This document shows positions 17,954-27,734 of a stretch of 33,430 nucleotides of DNA, in pieces. Within the stretch, counting starts at the first letter, position 1; every line of letters begins with the position of its first letter. The position numbers and the translations under genes were made by a program. Source of the DNA: a virus (lineage: Duplodnaviria > Caudoviricetes); the IMG/VR virus record IMGVR_UViG_3300049138_000113, positions 1 to 33,430 of that record; one strand, given 5' to 3'. The notes below the pieces were generated by a model that saw only the letters and a list, made by a program, of their open reading frames with translations, was not told the DNA's origin and made no database searches.

Positions 17954-18472
17954 ATGTCGACTACCGAGCCAATCGACACCGAGCACGACAACGTCGACGC
18001 CGTCCAGGAGCCGAACCCGGACCAGTCCTGGGACGATTTCTGGGCTGAAGTTCAGCGCGCCGAAGCCGACGCCCGCACCGGGCCTCCCACGCAGACGATC
18101 CGCGGCATCGAAGTGCGGGTGCCGCACGACCTGCCGCTCCTGTTCGAGCGCAAAGTCGACCAGCTCAAGGGCTCCGACGATGAAGACGCGTTCGCTGACC
18201 TGCTCGCCGACCTGTTCGGTGCGGACGTGCTCGACGCCTGGACCGAGGCGGGCATGACGGCGCGCGAGTTCCAGGTGGCGCTCGCCTGGGGGATGGCCAA
18301 CGGCAAGGGCAAGCCGATGACGTTCCGGGAGGCGTACGAGCTGGTGATGGACCGGGACGGCGACGAGGGAAAAGCGAGCAGCTCGACCCGCACGAACGGC
18401 AGATCCGGCGGCTCTGGTGGGCGATCGAAGCGGACTTCCGGCGCGAGTACCGGCTCACGCCGCAAGAGATAG
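17954..18472 (+). CDS. Tail assembly chaperone (gpG-like)
   Basis: Between the MTP and TMP; contains a slippery site. Confidence 0.8.
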   Translation: MSTTEPIDTEHDNVDAVQEPNPDQSWDDFWAEVQRAEADARTGPPTQTIRGIEVRVPHDLPLLFERKVDQLKGSDDEDAFADLLADLFGADVLDAWTEAGMTAREFQVALAWGMANGKGKPMTFREAYELVMDRDGDEGKASSSTRTNGRSGGSGGRSKRTSGASTGSRRKR

Positions 18473-18606
18473 CCGCCCTCACCCGCCGCCAGTTCCACAC
18501 CCTTCTGGCCGGCCTGTCGTCGCAGTCGATCTACCGGCATATCGCCGCGAACGAGCTCGAAGAGCTGTCCGCCGGCGAAGCCCAGTCCTACCTGAACACC
18601 CTGTAG
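18367..18606 (+). CDS. -1 frameshift extension of the tail chaperone (gpGT-like)
   Basis: Slippery G GGA AAA at 18367-18373; -1 frame reads SEQLDPHERQIRRLWWAIEADFRREYRL...FHTLLAGLSSQS...NTL, stop at 18606. Confidence 0.8.
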   Translation, partial: GKSEQLDPHERQIRRLWWAIEADFRREYRLTPQEIAALTRRQFHTLLAGLSSQSIYRHIAANELEELSAGEAQSYLNTL

Positions 18607-18627
18607 CGCGGAAGGCGGTGGCCTCCC

Positions 18628-21363
18628 GTGTCTATGACCGTCGGCGAGCTCGTCGGATACATCGACCTCGAAGACCAGGGCTTCGACCGGGGTCTCGGCC
18701 AGGCCGAGCAGCGGCTACGGCGCCTGCAGTCCACCACCAGCTCCACCACCGGCCGCATCGAGTCCACCGTCATCGACGCGTTCGCCAAGGTGGCGGACGC
18801 GATCGGCGACGGCATGGACCCCGATGAGGCGCTCGCCGACCTGGCCCGCCTTGTTGACGGCGTCGACGACACGCTCACTCAGGTGGAGCGGCGTGCGCGC
18901 GACGCCAGCGACGTCATCGACGAGGCGATCGGTGACGGGGCGGAGCGGGGCGGCGGCCGGTTCAAGAAGGCTCTGAGCGGCGCGTTCGACGTCGCCCAGG
19001 CCGGCCTGTCCGGGGTCATGGCCGTGTCCAAGTTCGCCACGCTCGGCGTGGCAGGGCTCGGCCTGGCCGCGCTCGCCACAGCCGCTGCGGTCGCCGCGAT
19101 CGGCGGCGCCATCACCCTCGGCGTCGCCGGGCTCGGCGTGTTCCTGGCCGCGAACAAGCAGGTGAAGAAGGAAGTTGCCGCCCTCGGCAAGGAGGCGTTG
19201 ACCGCTTTTCAGAAGGCGGCCGCGCCGTTGCGGGGCCCGCTGTTGGAGGGCCTGGAGCGCATCCAGGGCAAGATCAAACCTTTCGCGAAGATGCTGTCCG
19301 GCGTGTTCGAGAAGAGCGCCCCTCTGATCGAGAAGGCGTTCGACGTCGCCCTCGACGTGATCGACACCTTGATCGAGCGGCTGCCCGGCATCATCGACAA
19401 GGGCATGCCGGTCGCCGAGTTCTTCTTGAACACGCTCGGCGGCGCCATCTCCGGCTTCTTCGAGTTCATCGACTGGGGCCTCGGCAAGATCGAAGAGTTC
19501 AAGGCCGCGTTCAACGACAGCTCGACCACGCTCGGCGGCTGGGCCGAACGGATCGGCGGCATCGTCGAACAGGTCAAAGCCTTCTTCGGCGACGTGTTCT
19601 CAACCGTCGCAACCTGGATCTCCGAAAACCAGGGCAAGATCACCGAGTGGGGGGCGAAGCTCGAAGAGGGCTGGGCCACAGCCTCCGAAGCGATCTCGTC
19701 GGCCATCGAACTCATCACCCTGCTGTGGGAACAGTTCGGCGACGACATCCTCAACGCGCTCGGCATCCTCGTCGACACGTTCCTCGGCGTCTGGAACGGC
19801 CTGTGGACCACCATCTCCGGCATCCTCGACGTCGCAGTCGGGCTGCTCACCGGCGACATGGATCGGCTCAAAGAGGGCCTCGAAAAGATCTGGAACGGCC
19901 TGTGGGAAGCGGTCGAATCCATCCTGGTCGGCGCCCTCGATTTGATCAAAAACCAGATTGCCGCCGCCTGGGGCTTCCTGGAGAGCCGGACCGGCGTCAC
20001 CTGGGCGATGTTCAAGCAGGCCATCTCCGACGCGATCGACAACGCGATCAGCATCATCAAGGGATTGCCGGGACAGATCAAGGCCGGGCTCGGCAACATC
20101 GGCACCCTGCTGCTCCAGGCAGGCCGGGACCTGATTCAAGGCATGATCAACGGGATCCGGGCGAAAGCGGCGGAGCTGGTCACCGCCGCGCAGGGAACCG
20201 TTCAATCCGCGGTCGACGGGGCCAAGAACCTGCTCGGCATCTCCAGCCCTTCGCGGGTGTTCGAGGAGATCGGAAAGTGGACGGTCGCCGGGCTCGTGCG
20301 CGGCCTGACCGACAGCAAGGCCCAGGCCGTCGACGTCGTCACGCGGATGGTCGACGAGATCAAGACCGCCTTCAAAAGCCAGCCGGACGTCGCGGACGGC
20401 CTGATCAAGTTCGTCCAGGTCGGCAACGACTCGCTGGCCGCGTTGGCGAAGCAGCGCGAGGATCTCGTGGCCCGGTTGGCGGCGGCGAAGGAGATGGCGA
20501 AGAAAGTCGCCGGCGACGCGGCTGAGTGGGCGGCCCTCACCGGGTTGAAGGCGGAGGACTTCACCGGGGCCGGCGACATGGCGGGCGAACTGTCGAAGAA
20601 GGCCAGCGCGATCAACAACTTCGCCAACAACATCAACGCTTTGGCGAAGCGCGGCCTCAACAAGGCGACGATTCAGCAGATCATCGACGCCGGCGTGGAG
20701 AAGGGCGCCACCTTCGCCGAGATGCTGGTCGGTTCGGACGGCAGCGAAATCAAAGCCCTGAACAAGGCGCAGGCGGCTGTCGACAAGGCGTCGAAGAAGC
20801 TGGGCAAGGCTTCGGCAGATGCTATGTACGACACCGGCAAAAAGGCTGGTGAGGGCTATCTGAAGGGCTTGCAGGACAGCCTGAAGAAGTTGGACAAGGA
20901 GATGTCCAAGATCGTCAAAGCTCTGGTGGCGGCGATCAAGAAAGAGCTCAAGATCAAAAGCCCCAGCCAGGTGATGGCCGAGATCGGCGTCAACACCATG
21001 GCCGGCTGGATCGAAGGCATCACCAGCATGGCCGGTGCAGTCGTGGGCGCCGCCCAAGGCGTCATCGGCCAAGCCGTCTCAGCCGCAGCCAATGGCGCGG
21101 CCAGCGTCGCCGGCTCGACGCCGAACCTCGCCGGATCCAACGCCGTCGGCAACGCAGGCGGCCAGGGCGGCGAAGGATTCTCGCAGAAGTACGGCTTCGC
21201 GGTCGGCCGCGGCTTCGGCGTCATGGCCGAACCCATGCCAGCCGCCGGCCAGGGCGTGAACGTCAACATCGACATGTCCAACAGCGTGGTCCGCGAGGAA
21301 CCCGACCTGGACAAGATCGGCAACCAGGTCGGGTTCCGGATCCTGGCGGCCGGGCTGACATGA
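18628..21363 (+). CDS. Tape measure protein
   Basis: 911 aa, Ala/Gly-rich helical; TVGELVGYIDL start, Trp/Phe periodic repeats, GISSPSRVF. Confidence 0.92.
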   Translation: MSMTVGELVGYIDLEDQGFDRGLGQAEQRLRRLQSTTSSTTGRIESTVIDAFAKVADAIGDGMDPDEALADLARLVDGVDDTLTQVERRARDASDVIDEAIGDGAERGGGRFKKALSGAFDVAQAGLSGVMAVSKFATLGVAGLGLAALATAAAVAAIGGAITLGVAGLGVFLAANKQVKKEVAALGKEALTAFQKAAAPLRGPLLEGLERIQGKIKPFAKMLSGVFEKSAPLIEKAFDVALDVIDTLIERLPGIIDKGMPVAEFFLNTLGGAISGFFEFIDWGLGKIEEFKAAFNDSSTTLGGWAERIGGIVEQVKAFFGDVFSTVATWISENQGKITEWGAKLEEGWATASEAISSAIELITLLWEQFGDDILNALGILVDTFLGVWNGLWTTISGILDVAVGLLTGDMDRLKEGLEKIWNGLWEAVESILVGALDLIKNQIAAAWGFLESRTGVTWAMFKQAISDAIDNAISIIKGLPGQIKAGLGNIGTLLLQAGRDLIQGMINGIRAKAAELVTAAQGTVQSAVDGAKNLLGISSPSRVFEEIGKWTVAGLVRGLTDSKAQAVDVVTRMVDEIKTAFKSQPDVADGLIKFVQVGNDSLAALAKQREDLVARLAAAKEMAKKVAGDAAEWAALTGLKAEDFTGAGDMAGELSKKASAINNFANNINALAKRGLNKATIQQIIDAGVEKGATFAEMLVGSDGSEIKALNKAQAAVDKASKKLGKASADAMYDTGKKAGEGYLKGLQDSLKKLDKEMSKIVKALVAAIKKELKIKSPSQVMAEIGVNTMAGWIEGITSMAGAVVGAAQGVIGQAVSAAANGAASVAGSTPNLAGSNAVGNAGGQGGEGFSQKYGFAVGRGFGVMAEPMPAAGQGVNVNIDMSNSVVREEPDLDKIGNQVGFRILAAGLT

Positions 21364-21635
21364 GGAGGACGCGCGTGGGCGTGCAGGGATACACCAAGGC
21401 AGACCTGCGGCGGCTCAAGTCCGTCGCGGTCCGGCCGCGCGGCTTCAGCCACGGGGTCCGGCCGGTCGTGCGGGAGTACCGGGACGTGGTCACCGGCCAC
21501 TGGATCAAGGTCATCACGAACGAGCAGGGCAACCGGCAGCGGATGCGCTGGTCCGGGCAGGACGCGATCGTGACCCTGCCCCACTTCACCGTCTCCCCAT
21601 GGACCGGGGTCACGATCTCGAAGGAGTACAGATGA
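21360..21635 (+). CDS. Basic hypothetical protein (91 aa)
   Basis: ATGA overlaps at both ends; the true start may be a downstream GTG after GAGGAGG. Confidence 0.6.
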   Translation: MRRTRVGVQGYTKADLRRLKSVAVRPRGFSHGVRPVVREYRDVVTGHWIKVITNEQGNRQRMRWSGQDAIVTLPHFTVSPWTGVTISKEYR

Positions 21636-22174
21636 AACGGATTGTGCGCCACGGCCAGCGGGCCCGGGCGGCGGTGCGCGCCCTGGAAGACGCATGCACC
21701 CCGCTGGAAGAGGCGCTGTACGAGGCCAAGGAGAACTACTGGGAGGCCGTCGACGGCGGCGACCCGGCCGCGATCCGGGAGGCGAAGACGGCCAAGCAGA
21801 CGGCGGCGGCCGCGTTCGAGGAAACCCGCACGTGGCTGCGCAGGGAGGCGGAGATCGTCAAGCTGCAGACGCGGACGATCCCGCGCCTTGAGCAGATCCT
21901 GGCCGGGCCGATGCTGGTCAAGGACGGCAAGAACGACGCCCGGGACGACGCGAAGGCGCGCGCCGAGGTTGAAGCCGCGCTGGCTGCCGCCGTAGCCGAA
22001 CTGGAGAAGAGCCTCGCGCTCGCGCTGCCGCTCCGGCAGGCTCTGCAGGAGCTCGGCGGTGTCGTCGAAGGCGATCCGGTGCCGCCCGACCTGCCGCCCG
22101 GGAGCGCGGACGTGACCGCGCCGAGCATCAACGTCAAGCCGCGGGCGCGCGCCACCGCCAAGAAGGAGAGCTGA
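21632..22174 (+). CDS. Alpha-helical hypothetical protein (180 aa)
   Basis: RBS AAGGAG; ATGA overlap. Confidence 0.7.
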   Translation: MKRIVRHGQRARAAVRALEDACTPLEEALYEAKENYWEAVDGGDPAAIREAKTAKQTAAAAFEETRTWLRREAEIVKLQTRTIPRLEQILAGPMLVKDGKNDARDDAKARAEVEAALAAAVAELEKSLALALPLRQALQELGGVVEGDPVPPDLPPGSADVTAPSINVKPRARATAKKES

Positions 22175-22175
22175 C

Positions 22176-22610
22176 ATGGCTTCTGGCGTGTACCTACCCA
22201 CCATGGAAGACATCCTCGACGCCACCGCGCTGAACCTGGCGTGGGACGCCGAGGACCACCAGGCCGCCCTCTACAACGCCACCCGCGCGGCCGCGGCCGA
22301 CTACAACGCCAACACCGTCTACACGACAACGAACGAGATCACAGGCACCGGCTACACCGCAGGCGGGGTTGTCGTCACAGGCACCGCGTTCACCCGGCCC
22401 GGCAGCGGCTTGATGAAGTTCAGCTCGAACGCGTTCCAGTGGGCCAGCTCCACACTAAGCGGCGTCGCACACATCGACGTCTACGCAGCCAACGTCACCG
22501 CTGATCCGCTCATGTTCGGAATCACGATCACCCCCGTCAACACCAGCGACGGAACTCTGCTCGTCACACCGCACAGCAACGGGCTCGTGACCTTCGATTT
22601 GACCCCGTAA
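22176..22610 (+). CDS. Minor tail / virion structural protein
   Basis: NEITGTGYTAGG motif typical of phage tail proteins; RBS AAGGAG. Confidence 0.7.
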   Translation: MASGVYLPTMEDILDATALNLAWDAEDHQAALYNATRAAAADYNANTVYTTTNEITGTGYTAGGVVVTGTAFTRPGSGLMKFSSNAFQWASSTLSGVAHIDVYAANVTADPLMFGITITPVNTSDGTLLVTPHSNGLVTFDLTP

Positions 22611-22630
22611 CCCCAGCCCCGCTGACGACT

Positions 22631-22654
22631 GCCGCCTCCCGGGGCGGCTTTCTC
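22631..22654 (+). terminator. Rho-independent terminator
   Basis: GCCGCC-tcccgg-GGCGGC followed by TTTCTC. Confidence 0.6.
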
Positions 22655-22676
22655 ATGTCCACGGAAGGAGGGCTAC

Positions 22677-24527
22677 GTGACGGCTACCTTCCGATCCAAC
22701 ACCGCCGCCGCCTCCAGCAGCGCCAGCTACACGATCGCCCGCCCGGCAGGCGTGGTCGAAAACGACATCCTCGTGCTGGCCCAGTTCGCCGACGTGGGCG
22801 CCCTCACCGACATGCCGACCCCGTCCGGGTGGACGCAGCTGCTCGCGGTGGATGCGTCCGGCGGTTCCAACATGCGCGGCAAGCTATGGGTTAAGGAAGC
22901 GTCCGGGTCCGAGCCATCCACCTACAGCCTGGCGCACGGGGGCGGCTCTGACGGCGTAGCCCACCTGTTCGCCTTCGTAGACGGCGCCCTGCCTGCCACG
23001 GCGGCATCATCCACGGCCGGCACCGGGACGGCCGTCACCACGCCGGGCATCACCCCGGTCAGGTCCGACGATGTGGAGGTCCGTTTCGCTGCCGCGAACG
23101 GTGCTGAAGCCGTTCGCACCTTCACCCCCGCCGCCGGATTCACCGAACCGGCGGGCGCGGACACGAACTCTTCCGGCTACACGACAGCGGCGGGCGGCTA
23201 CCGAACGCTCGCCTCCTCCGCCGCCACGTCGGCCGCCAACTGGACCGCGTCCGGCACCATCACGGCGGCGGCCCGTCTCGGCTTCACCGTCACCATCCCC
23301 AGCTCGGGCGAGGACGCGGAAGCCACCCCAGACACGGTCGCCGCAACCACGGCCGTGCCCGCACCCACGGTCACCGTCTCCGCCAACCCGGCACTGGCCA
23401 CGGTGGCCGCCACCGCAGCACTACCAGGCCCGGCCCTTTCAACAGGCGCGGGGTCCACCCCGGACACGGTGGCCGTCGCCGCCACTGTCCCCGACCCGTC
23501 GGTGACGACTCAGGACGTCGAGATCGTCACCCCGGCCACGGTGGAGGCGGCGGCCGGGGTGCCCGATCTGGGGATCTCGGCCAGCGCGGACGCCACCCTC
23601 AACACCATCGAGGCGATCATCGCCTTGTACGCGCCTGAGGTTTCGGCCGGCGCCAGCGTCACCCTCGCCCCCATCCAGGTGGTGGCCGACGTCCACACGC
23701 CGTCCACGGCCGTACCCGTCCTACCCGGCGACCAGATCAGCCGGCCGGGACAGATCGAGTGGAACGGTTTCCTGCTCGGCAGCCTCACCCCGTACTCGTG
23801 GCAGGAGTTGCAGGGCTGGACGGATTCGGCCCCGTTCATCTCCGGCAACGTCGAACGCCCCGACAGCAGCGGTTCGTATCCCGGCCAGCCGTACCTGGCC
23901 GAACGCGCCATCAACTGGACCACCCTGATCAAAGCGCCGCGCGACTCGATCGGCCAGACGGTGCACGACCTGGTGATGGCCACCGGACCCGCCCAGTCGG
24001 AGGACGAAGGGTGGTTGGTCATCTGGGATTGGGATGATCTGCAGCCGTACCTGGTACGCGCGCACCTCTCCGACCGGAAGCCGGGCCCGATCAACAAGCA
24101 AGCCCGCCTCGGCCTGATGCGCGGCGCCCTCCAATGGATAGCCAGTGATCAGCGCAGGTACGACCCGGTCAGATCGTCGCTCACCATCGTCAAGGACGTC
24201 GAAACGTCGATCTTGAATGACGGCAACGATGCGTCGCCCGGCGAGTTCCGCTTCCCCGGGCCGGTCGTCGGCGTCCAGCTGGAGAACTTGACCACGGACC
24301 GGGTGATCGCCGTCTCCACCACGGTCACCGACGGCGAAACCCTGGTGATCGACGTCAAGGAAGGCACCGTCGCCATCGGCGACGTCAACCACCTGAACGA
24401 CCTCGTAGAGGGCTCGGCCAGCGTGCAGGACATGGTGTTCAACCCCGGCGCGAACACCCTCATCTGGACGGCCGACTCCGGCGGCAGCGCCGGCATGGAG
24501 ACGTTCTGGCGGCACGCCGTCAGCTAA
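22677..24527 (+). CDS. Distal tail protein (Dit-like C-terminus) with N-terminal beta-sandwich domain and Thr/Ala/Pro repeats
   Basis: C-terminal GQIEWNGFLLG..ELQGW, LQWIASDQRRY, GETLVIDV, PGANTL; RBS GGAGGG. Confidence 0.75.
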   Translation: MTATFRSNTAAASSSASYTIARPAGVVENDILVLAQFADVGALTDMPTPSGWTQLLAVDASGGSNMRGKLWVKEASGSEPSTYSLAHGGGSDGVAHLFAFVDGALPATAASSTAGTGTAVTTPGITPVRSDDVEVRFAAANGAEAVRTFTPAAGFTEPAGADTNSSGYTTAAGGYRTLASSAATSAANWTASGTITAAARLGFTVTIPSSGEDAEATPDTVAATTAVPAPTVTVSANPALATVAATAALPGPALSTGAGSTPDTVAVAATVPDPSVTTQDVEIVTPATVEAAAGVPDLGISASADATLNTIEAIIALYAPEVSAGASVTLAPIQVVADVHTPSTAVPVLPGDQISRPGQIEWNGFLLGSLTPYSWQELQGWTDSAPFISGNVERPDSSGSYPGQPYLAERAINWTTLIKAPRDSIGQTVHDLVMATGPAQSEDEGWLVIWDWDDLQPYLVRAHLSDRKPGPINKQARLGLMRGALQWIASDQRRYDPVRSSLTIVKDVETSILNDGNDASPGEFRFPGPVVGVQLENLTTDRVIAVSTTVTDGETLVIDVKEGTVAIGDVNHLNDLVEGSASVQDMVFNPGANTLIWTADSGGSAGMETFWRHAVS

Positions 24528-24536
24528 GGGGGCGGC

Positions 24537-26345
24537 ATGGCAGTCCAACCACGCGCCGTAACGGTCACCCCCATCGGGGATGACGACCTGGTCGACGCCC
24601 CCACCGACGTCCAATCCGGAGACATCCTCCTCGCTTGGGTAGAGACGGCCGGGTCCGTCGACGACATCGACGTCACCGGCGGCACACCCTGGGTCGCCAT
24701 CGCCGAGAACACCAGCCAGTTCAGCACCCGCCTGTTCGCCCAGGTGGCCGGCACCACCAACCCAGGCAGCTACTCCGTCGAGCTCGGCGACGGCGACTCC
24801 GGCCTGGTCGGGCTCGCACACCTGCGCGGCGCCACGCTCGCCGACCTCGTGATCGAATCCACCAGCGGCGGCTTCCGATCCAGCGGTGTCCCCTGTCCAG
24901 CAGCTGAACCGGGCGTCGCAGGCGGTGCCGAGATTCGCGTCGCGCTGGCGTCCAACGCGTTCATCGATATCGAGTTTTCGGGCGGCTACTCGCGTGAAGG
25001 CCAAGCAGCCGATGACGGCGACGCCATGTACGTCGGGGCCCGCACCGCCCTGTCGTCAGCGGATCTGCCGCAGCAGGTCATCTCCACCGAGTCCGCGATC
25101 GTCAACGGCTGGCAGGCGTGGACCGTCATCGTCGCGCCCGGCTCCACAGTGCCGCCGCCCCCGCCGACGCCGGCGTTCGCGGTCCGCGGCAGGGCGTTGT
25201 ACAGGTACACCGCCCATGACTTTCTGACCGGCACGTACATCGACGACATCTATCCGCGCGATGTCGAATACGGCAAGGGACTCCGCGGGCCTGGACCCTT
25301 CACCGGCACGCTGCCGATCCCCAACAGCCGGGTCGCACGGGCCGTCCGCCGCGTCATCCCCCAGACCAAGGCGGATTTCACCACCGGGCCGGGACGTGTA
25401 GAGATCCGCATCTGGCGGGACGGCGAGCTGCGCGGCCGGTACTGGCTGACCGGGTCTCAGCTGACTCGCGGCCGGGACGGCAAGATCAGCATCGCGCTGC
25501 GCGGCAGCACCCTGGACGCCTACTGGTACTCCCTGATGGTCCGGGCCACCCTGAACGGCGCAGACGACGAGCAGATCGACAACGCGCGCACCTTCCTGGC
25601 TTTCGCCTTGAGCGAAGCCGACGCCGACCTCGGCATCACCTTCCAGTCCGGATCCTCCGAGGTGTTCCGGCCGCTGACGGTGAAACCGGAGGACAACACG
25701 AACTACGGGCGCGTCGTCGAGGAGTACAGCAAATCGCAGGACGGCTTCGAATACTTCCTGGCCGAGACCGTGGATGAGACCGGGGTCGTCTCCACCTGGC
25801 GGTGGGCGAGCCCCAAGTTCGACACCGGCATCAGCCACGTCTTCAGCAGCAGCCCACACGGCGGAGACATCGCCGAAACCGGCGTCGACATCGACGCCCT
25901 GCGCGGCGGCACAGACTGGCGAGCTCGCGGCGGCACTCTCCAGCCGGACCCGGAAGAGGACGGTTTCGCCGTCTTCAGCGACCCGGTCGAAACCCCGCAC
26001 CGCGCCGCCGGGTGGCCGAGGATCGATCACCACGTGGACCACCCGGCCGAGTCGACCGACGGAGACGAACTGGAAGGGCTGGCCCACTACTACGCCGCGA
26101 TCGGTGGCGGAGCGCTCTGGGTCCGCACCGTGGTGGTGCTCCCGTCGAAGAAGTCGACGCTGACCATGAACTCGCTCGGCGACCGGGCGCGCCTGCTGAT
26201 CACCGACGTGTGGCACGAGAGCGTCGACGGCGGCGCCGGCCTCGACATCAGCGAGCGAATCCTGGAGATCCGCGTCCGGCCGTCCGGCCGGGGCCGAGGC
26301 CGAGAAGAAGTGACGTTGACGCTCGAATCTGTGGAGGTGCCATGA
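24537..26345 (+). CDS. Baseplate hub / Tal (Gp37-like) minor tail protein with extra N-terminal domain
   Basis: YRYTAHDFLTG, GPGPFTGTL, GWPRID, LGDRARLLI; follows the Dit gene. Confidence 0.75.
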   Translation: MAVQPRAVTVTPIGDDDLVDAPTDVQSGDILLAWVETAGSVDDIDVTGGTPWVAIAENTSQFSTRLFAQVAGTTNPGSYSVELGDGDSGLVGLAHLRGATLADLVIESTSGGFRSSGVPCPAAEPGVAGGAEIRVALASNAFIDIEFSGGYSREGQAADDGDAMYVGARTALSSADLPQQVISTESAIVNGWQAWTVIVAPGSTVPPPPPTPAFAVRGRALYRYTAHDFLTGTYIDDIYPRDVEYGKGLRGPGPFTGTLPIPNSRVARAVRRVIPQTKADFTTGPGRVEIRIWRDGELRGRYWLTGSQLTRGRDGKISIALRGSTLDAYWYSLMVRATLNGADDEQIDNARTFLAFALSEADADLGITFQSGSSEVFRPLTVKPEDNTNYGRVVEEYSKSQDGFEYFLAETVDETGVVSTWRWASPKFDTGISHVFSSSPHGGDIAETGVDIDALRGGTDWRARGGTLQPDPEEDGFAVFSDPVETPHRAAGWPRIDHHVDHPAESTDGDELEGLAHYYAAIGGGALWVRTVVVLPSKKSTLTMNSLGDRARLLITDVWHESVDGGAGLDISERILEIRVRPSGRGRGREEVTLTLESVEVP

Positions 26346-26623
26346 CCGACCAGTACGGGGCCAACCTCGAAAGGATCTTGCAGAACTTCGAGCGCCGGCT
26401 GCAGAAGCTGGAGACGGCCGCCCGCACCGTCAAGGGCGTGCCGATCCCGCCGCCGCCGACCGCATCAGACCCGGGCGGCCTGGACGGGCTCACCACGCCG
26501 GCCAACTGGCCGACCACCTATTCGGACGTGGTCGGGGAAAACGTCACCGTCGACCTGCAGTCGATCCGCCTGTACGCGCTCTCAATCCGGTCGGCCCTGC
26601 AGTCGGCCGGGATCTTCATCTGA
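26342..26623 (+). CDS. Small tail-tip protein (93 aa, coiled-coil N-terminus)
   Basis: RBS GGAGG, ATGA overlap; LERILQNFERRLQKLETAAR. Confidence 0.7.
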   Translation: MTDQYGANLERILQNFERRLQKLETAARTVKGVPIPPPPTASDPGGLDGLTTPANWPTTYSDVVGENVTVDLQSIRLYALSIRSALQSAGIFI

Positions 26624-26637
26624 CTTCTGGAGTTCGT

Positions 26638-26925
26638 GTGACCGAGATCCTCGCCGCCTGCGGCGCCCTAGTCGTCCTTGCGGGCGGCGGCGTCGTCGTC
26701 GTGAAACTCCTGCGAATCCTGAAAAGGGTCGGGGACTTCGTGGACGACTGGCAGGGCGAGCCAGCACGCCGCGGCGTCCCCTCCAGGCCGGGGGTGATGG
26801 AGCGCCTGGAATCGATCGAGGCCCAGTTGAAGCCGAACGGCGGCAGCTCACTCAGGGACGCAGTCAACCGTGTCGAGCAGACCACCGCACGCCTGGACGA
26901 GCACCTCACACCTCAGGAGGACTGA
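26638..26925 (+). CDS. Membrane protein of the lysis cassette (1 TM plus coiled coil)
   Basis: N-terminal TM; DDWQGEP.R.GV..RPGVMERL..IE..LKPNGGSSLRD motif common in actinophages. Confidence 0.75.
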   Translation: MTEILAACGALVVLAGGGVVVVKLLRILKRVGDFVDDWQGEPARRGVPSRPGVMERLESIEAQLKPNGGSSLRDAVNRVEQTTARLDEHLTPQED

Positions 26926-26927
26926 CC

Positions 26928-27734
26928 GTGGCGTCACTCATCTCACGCGCCGGTTGGGGCGCCGTACCCCCCTCACAGCGCCTGCAGCGCATCACCTCGA
27001 CGCGCGGGGTGAAGGTGCATTACACGGGCGGCTGGGTGGATCCCAGGATCGTCGACGACCACCGCGAGTGCATCGCCCTCATGCTCAGCATTCAGCGGAT
27101 GCACATGGCGGGCGGCCGCGGCGAGAAGTACTCCGACTTCGGCTACAACATGGCGGCCTGCCCGCACCGCCGCGTCTTCGTCGGCCGCGGACCCAACTTC
27201 CTGCCGGCGGCGAACGGGCCCGGACTCAACTCGCAGCACTACGCCGTCTTGGCCATGGTCGGTAGCAAGGGCTACGTCGTCCCCGGCGAGCAGCTGCTGC
27301 ACGGCGTCCTCGACGCCATCGAGTACCTGCGCGAGCACGGGAACGCCGGCCGGGAGATCAAGCGCCACGGTGACGGCTACGCCACCGACTGCCCCGGCGC
27401 CCGGCTGACCGCGTGGGTCCGCGCCGGCGCACCCAGACCCAAGACGACGAGCGCGAGCACCAGCTCGTGGACGGAGGGCCTCGTGAAGGATCTGCCCACT
27501 CTCAAGCAGGGCGCGAAGGGCTTCGACGTCAAAACGGTCAGGAGCTGTCTGTTCGCGCGCGGCGGCCTGGCCGAGGCGTCGTATGACGGCGTCGGGCTGC
27601 AGTCGTGGCTGGAGCGCACCGAGTTCGACGACGGCCTGGCCGCCGACGTGAAGGCCTTCCAGGCGTCCCGCAAGCTCGCCGCGGACGGGGTCGTCGGCCC
27701 GAAGACGTGGCCGCACCTTCTGCGAGTCAGCTGA
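26928..27734 (+). CDS. Endolysin: N-acetylmuramoyl-L-alanine amidase (Amidase_2/PGRP-like) with PG-binding domain
   Basis: ISRAGWGA, VKVHYTG, IQRMHM, DFGYN, H.D..ATDCPG; C-terminal VKAFQ...LAADGVVGPKTW. Confidence 0.92.
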   Translation: MASLISRAGWGAVPPSQRLQRITSTRGVKVHYTGGWVDPRIVDDHRECIALMLSIQRMHMAGGRGEKYSDFGYNMAACPHRRVFVGRGPNFLPAANGPGLNSQHYAVLAMVGSKGYVVPGEQLLHGVLDAIEYLREHGNAGREIKRHGDGYATDCPGARLTAWVRAGAPRPKTTSASTSSWTEGLVKDLPTLKQGAKGFDVKTVRSCLFARGGLAEASYDGVGLQSWLERTEFDDGLAADVKAFQASRKLAADGVVGPKTWPHLLRVS

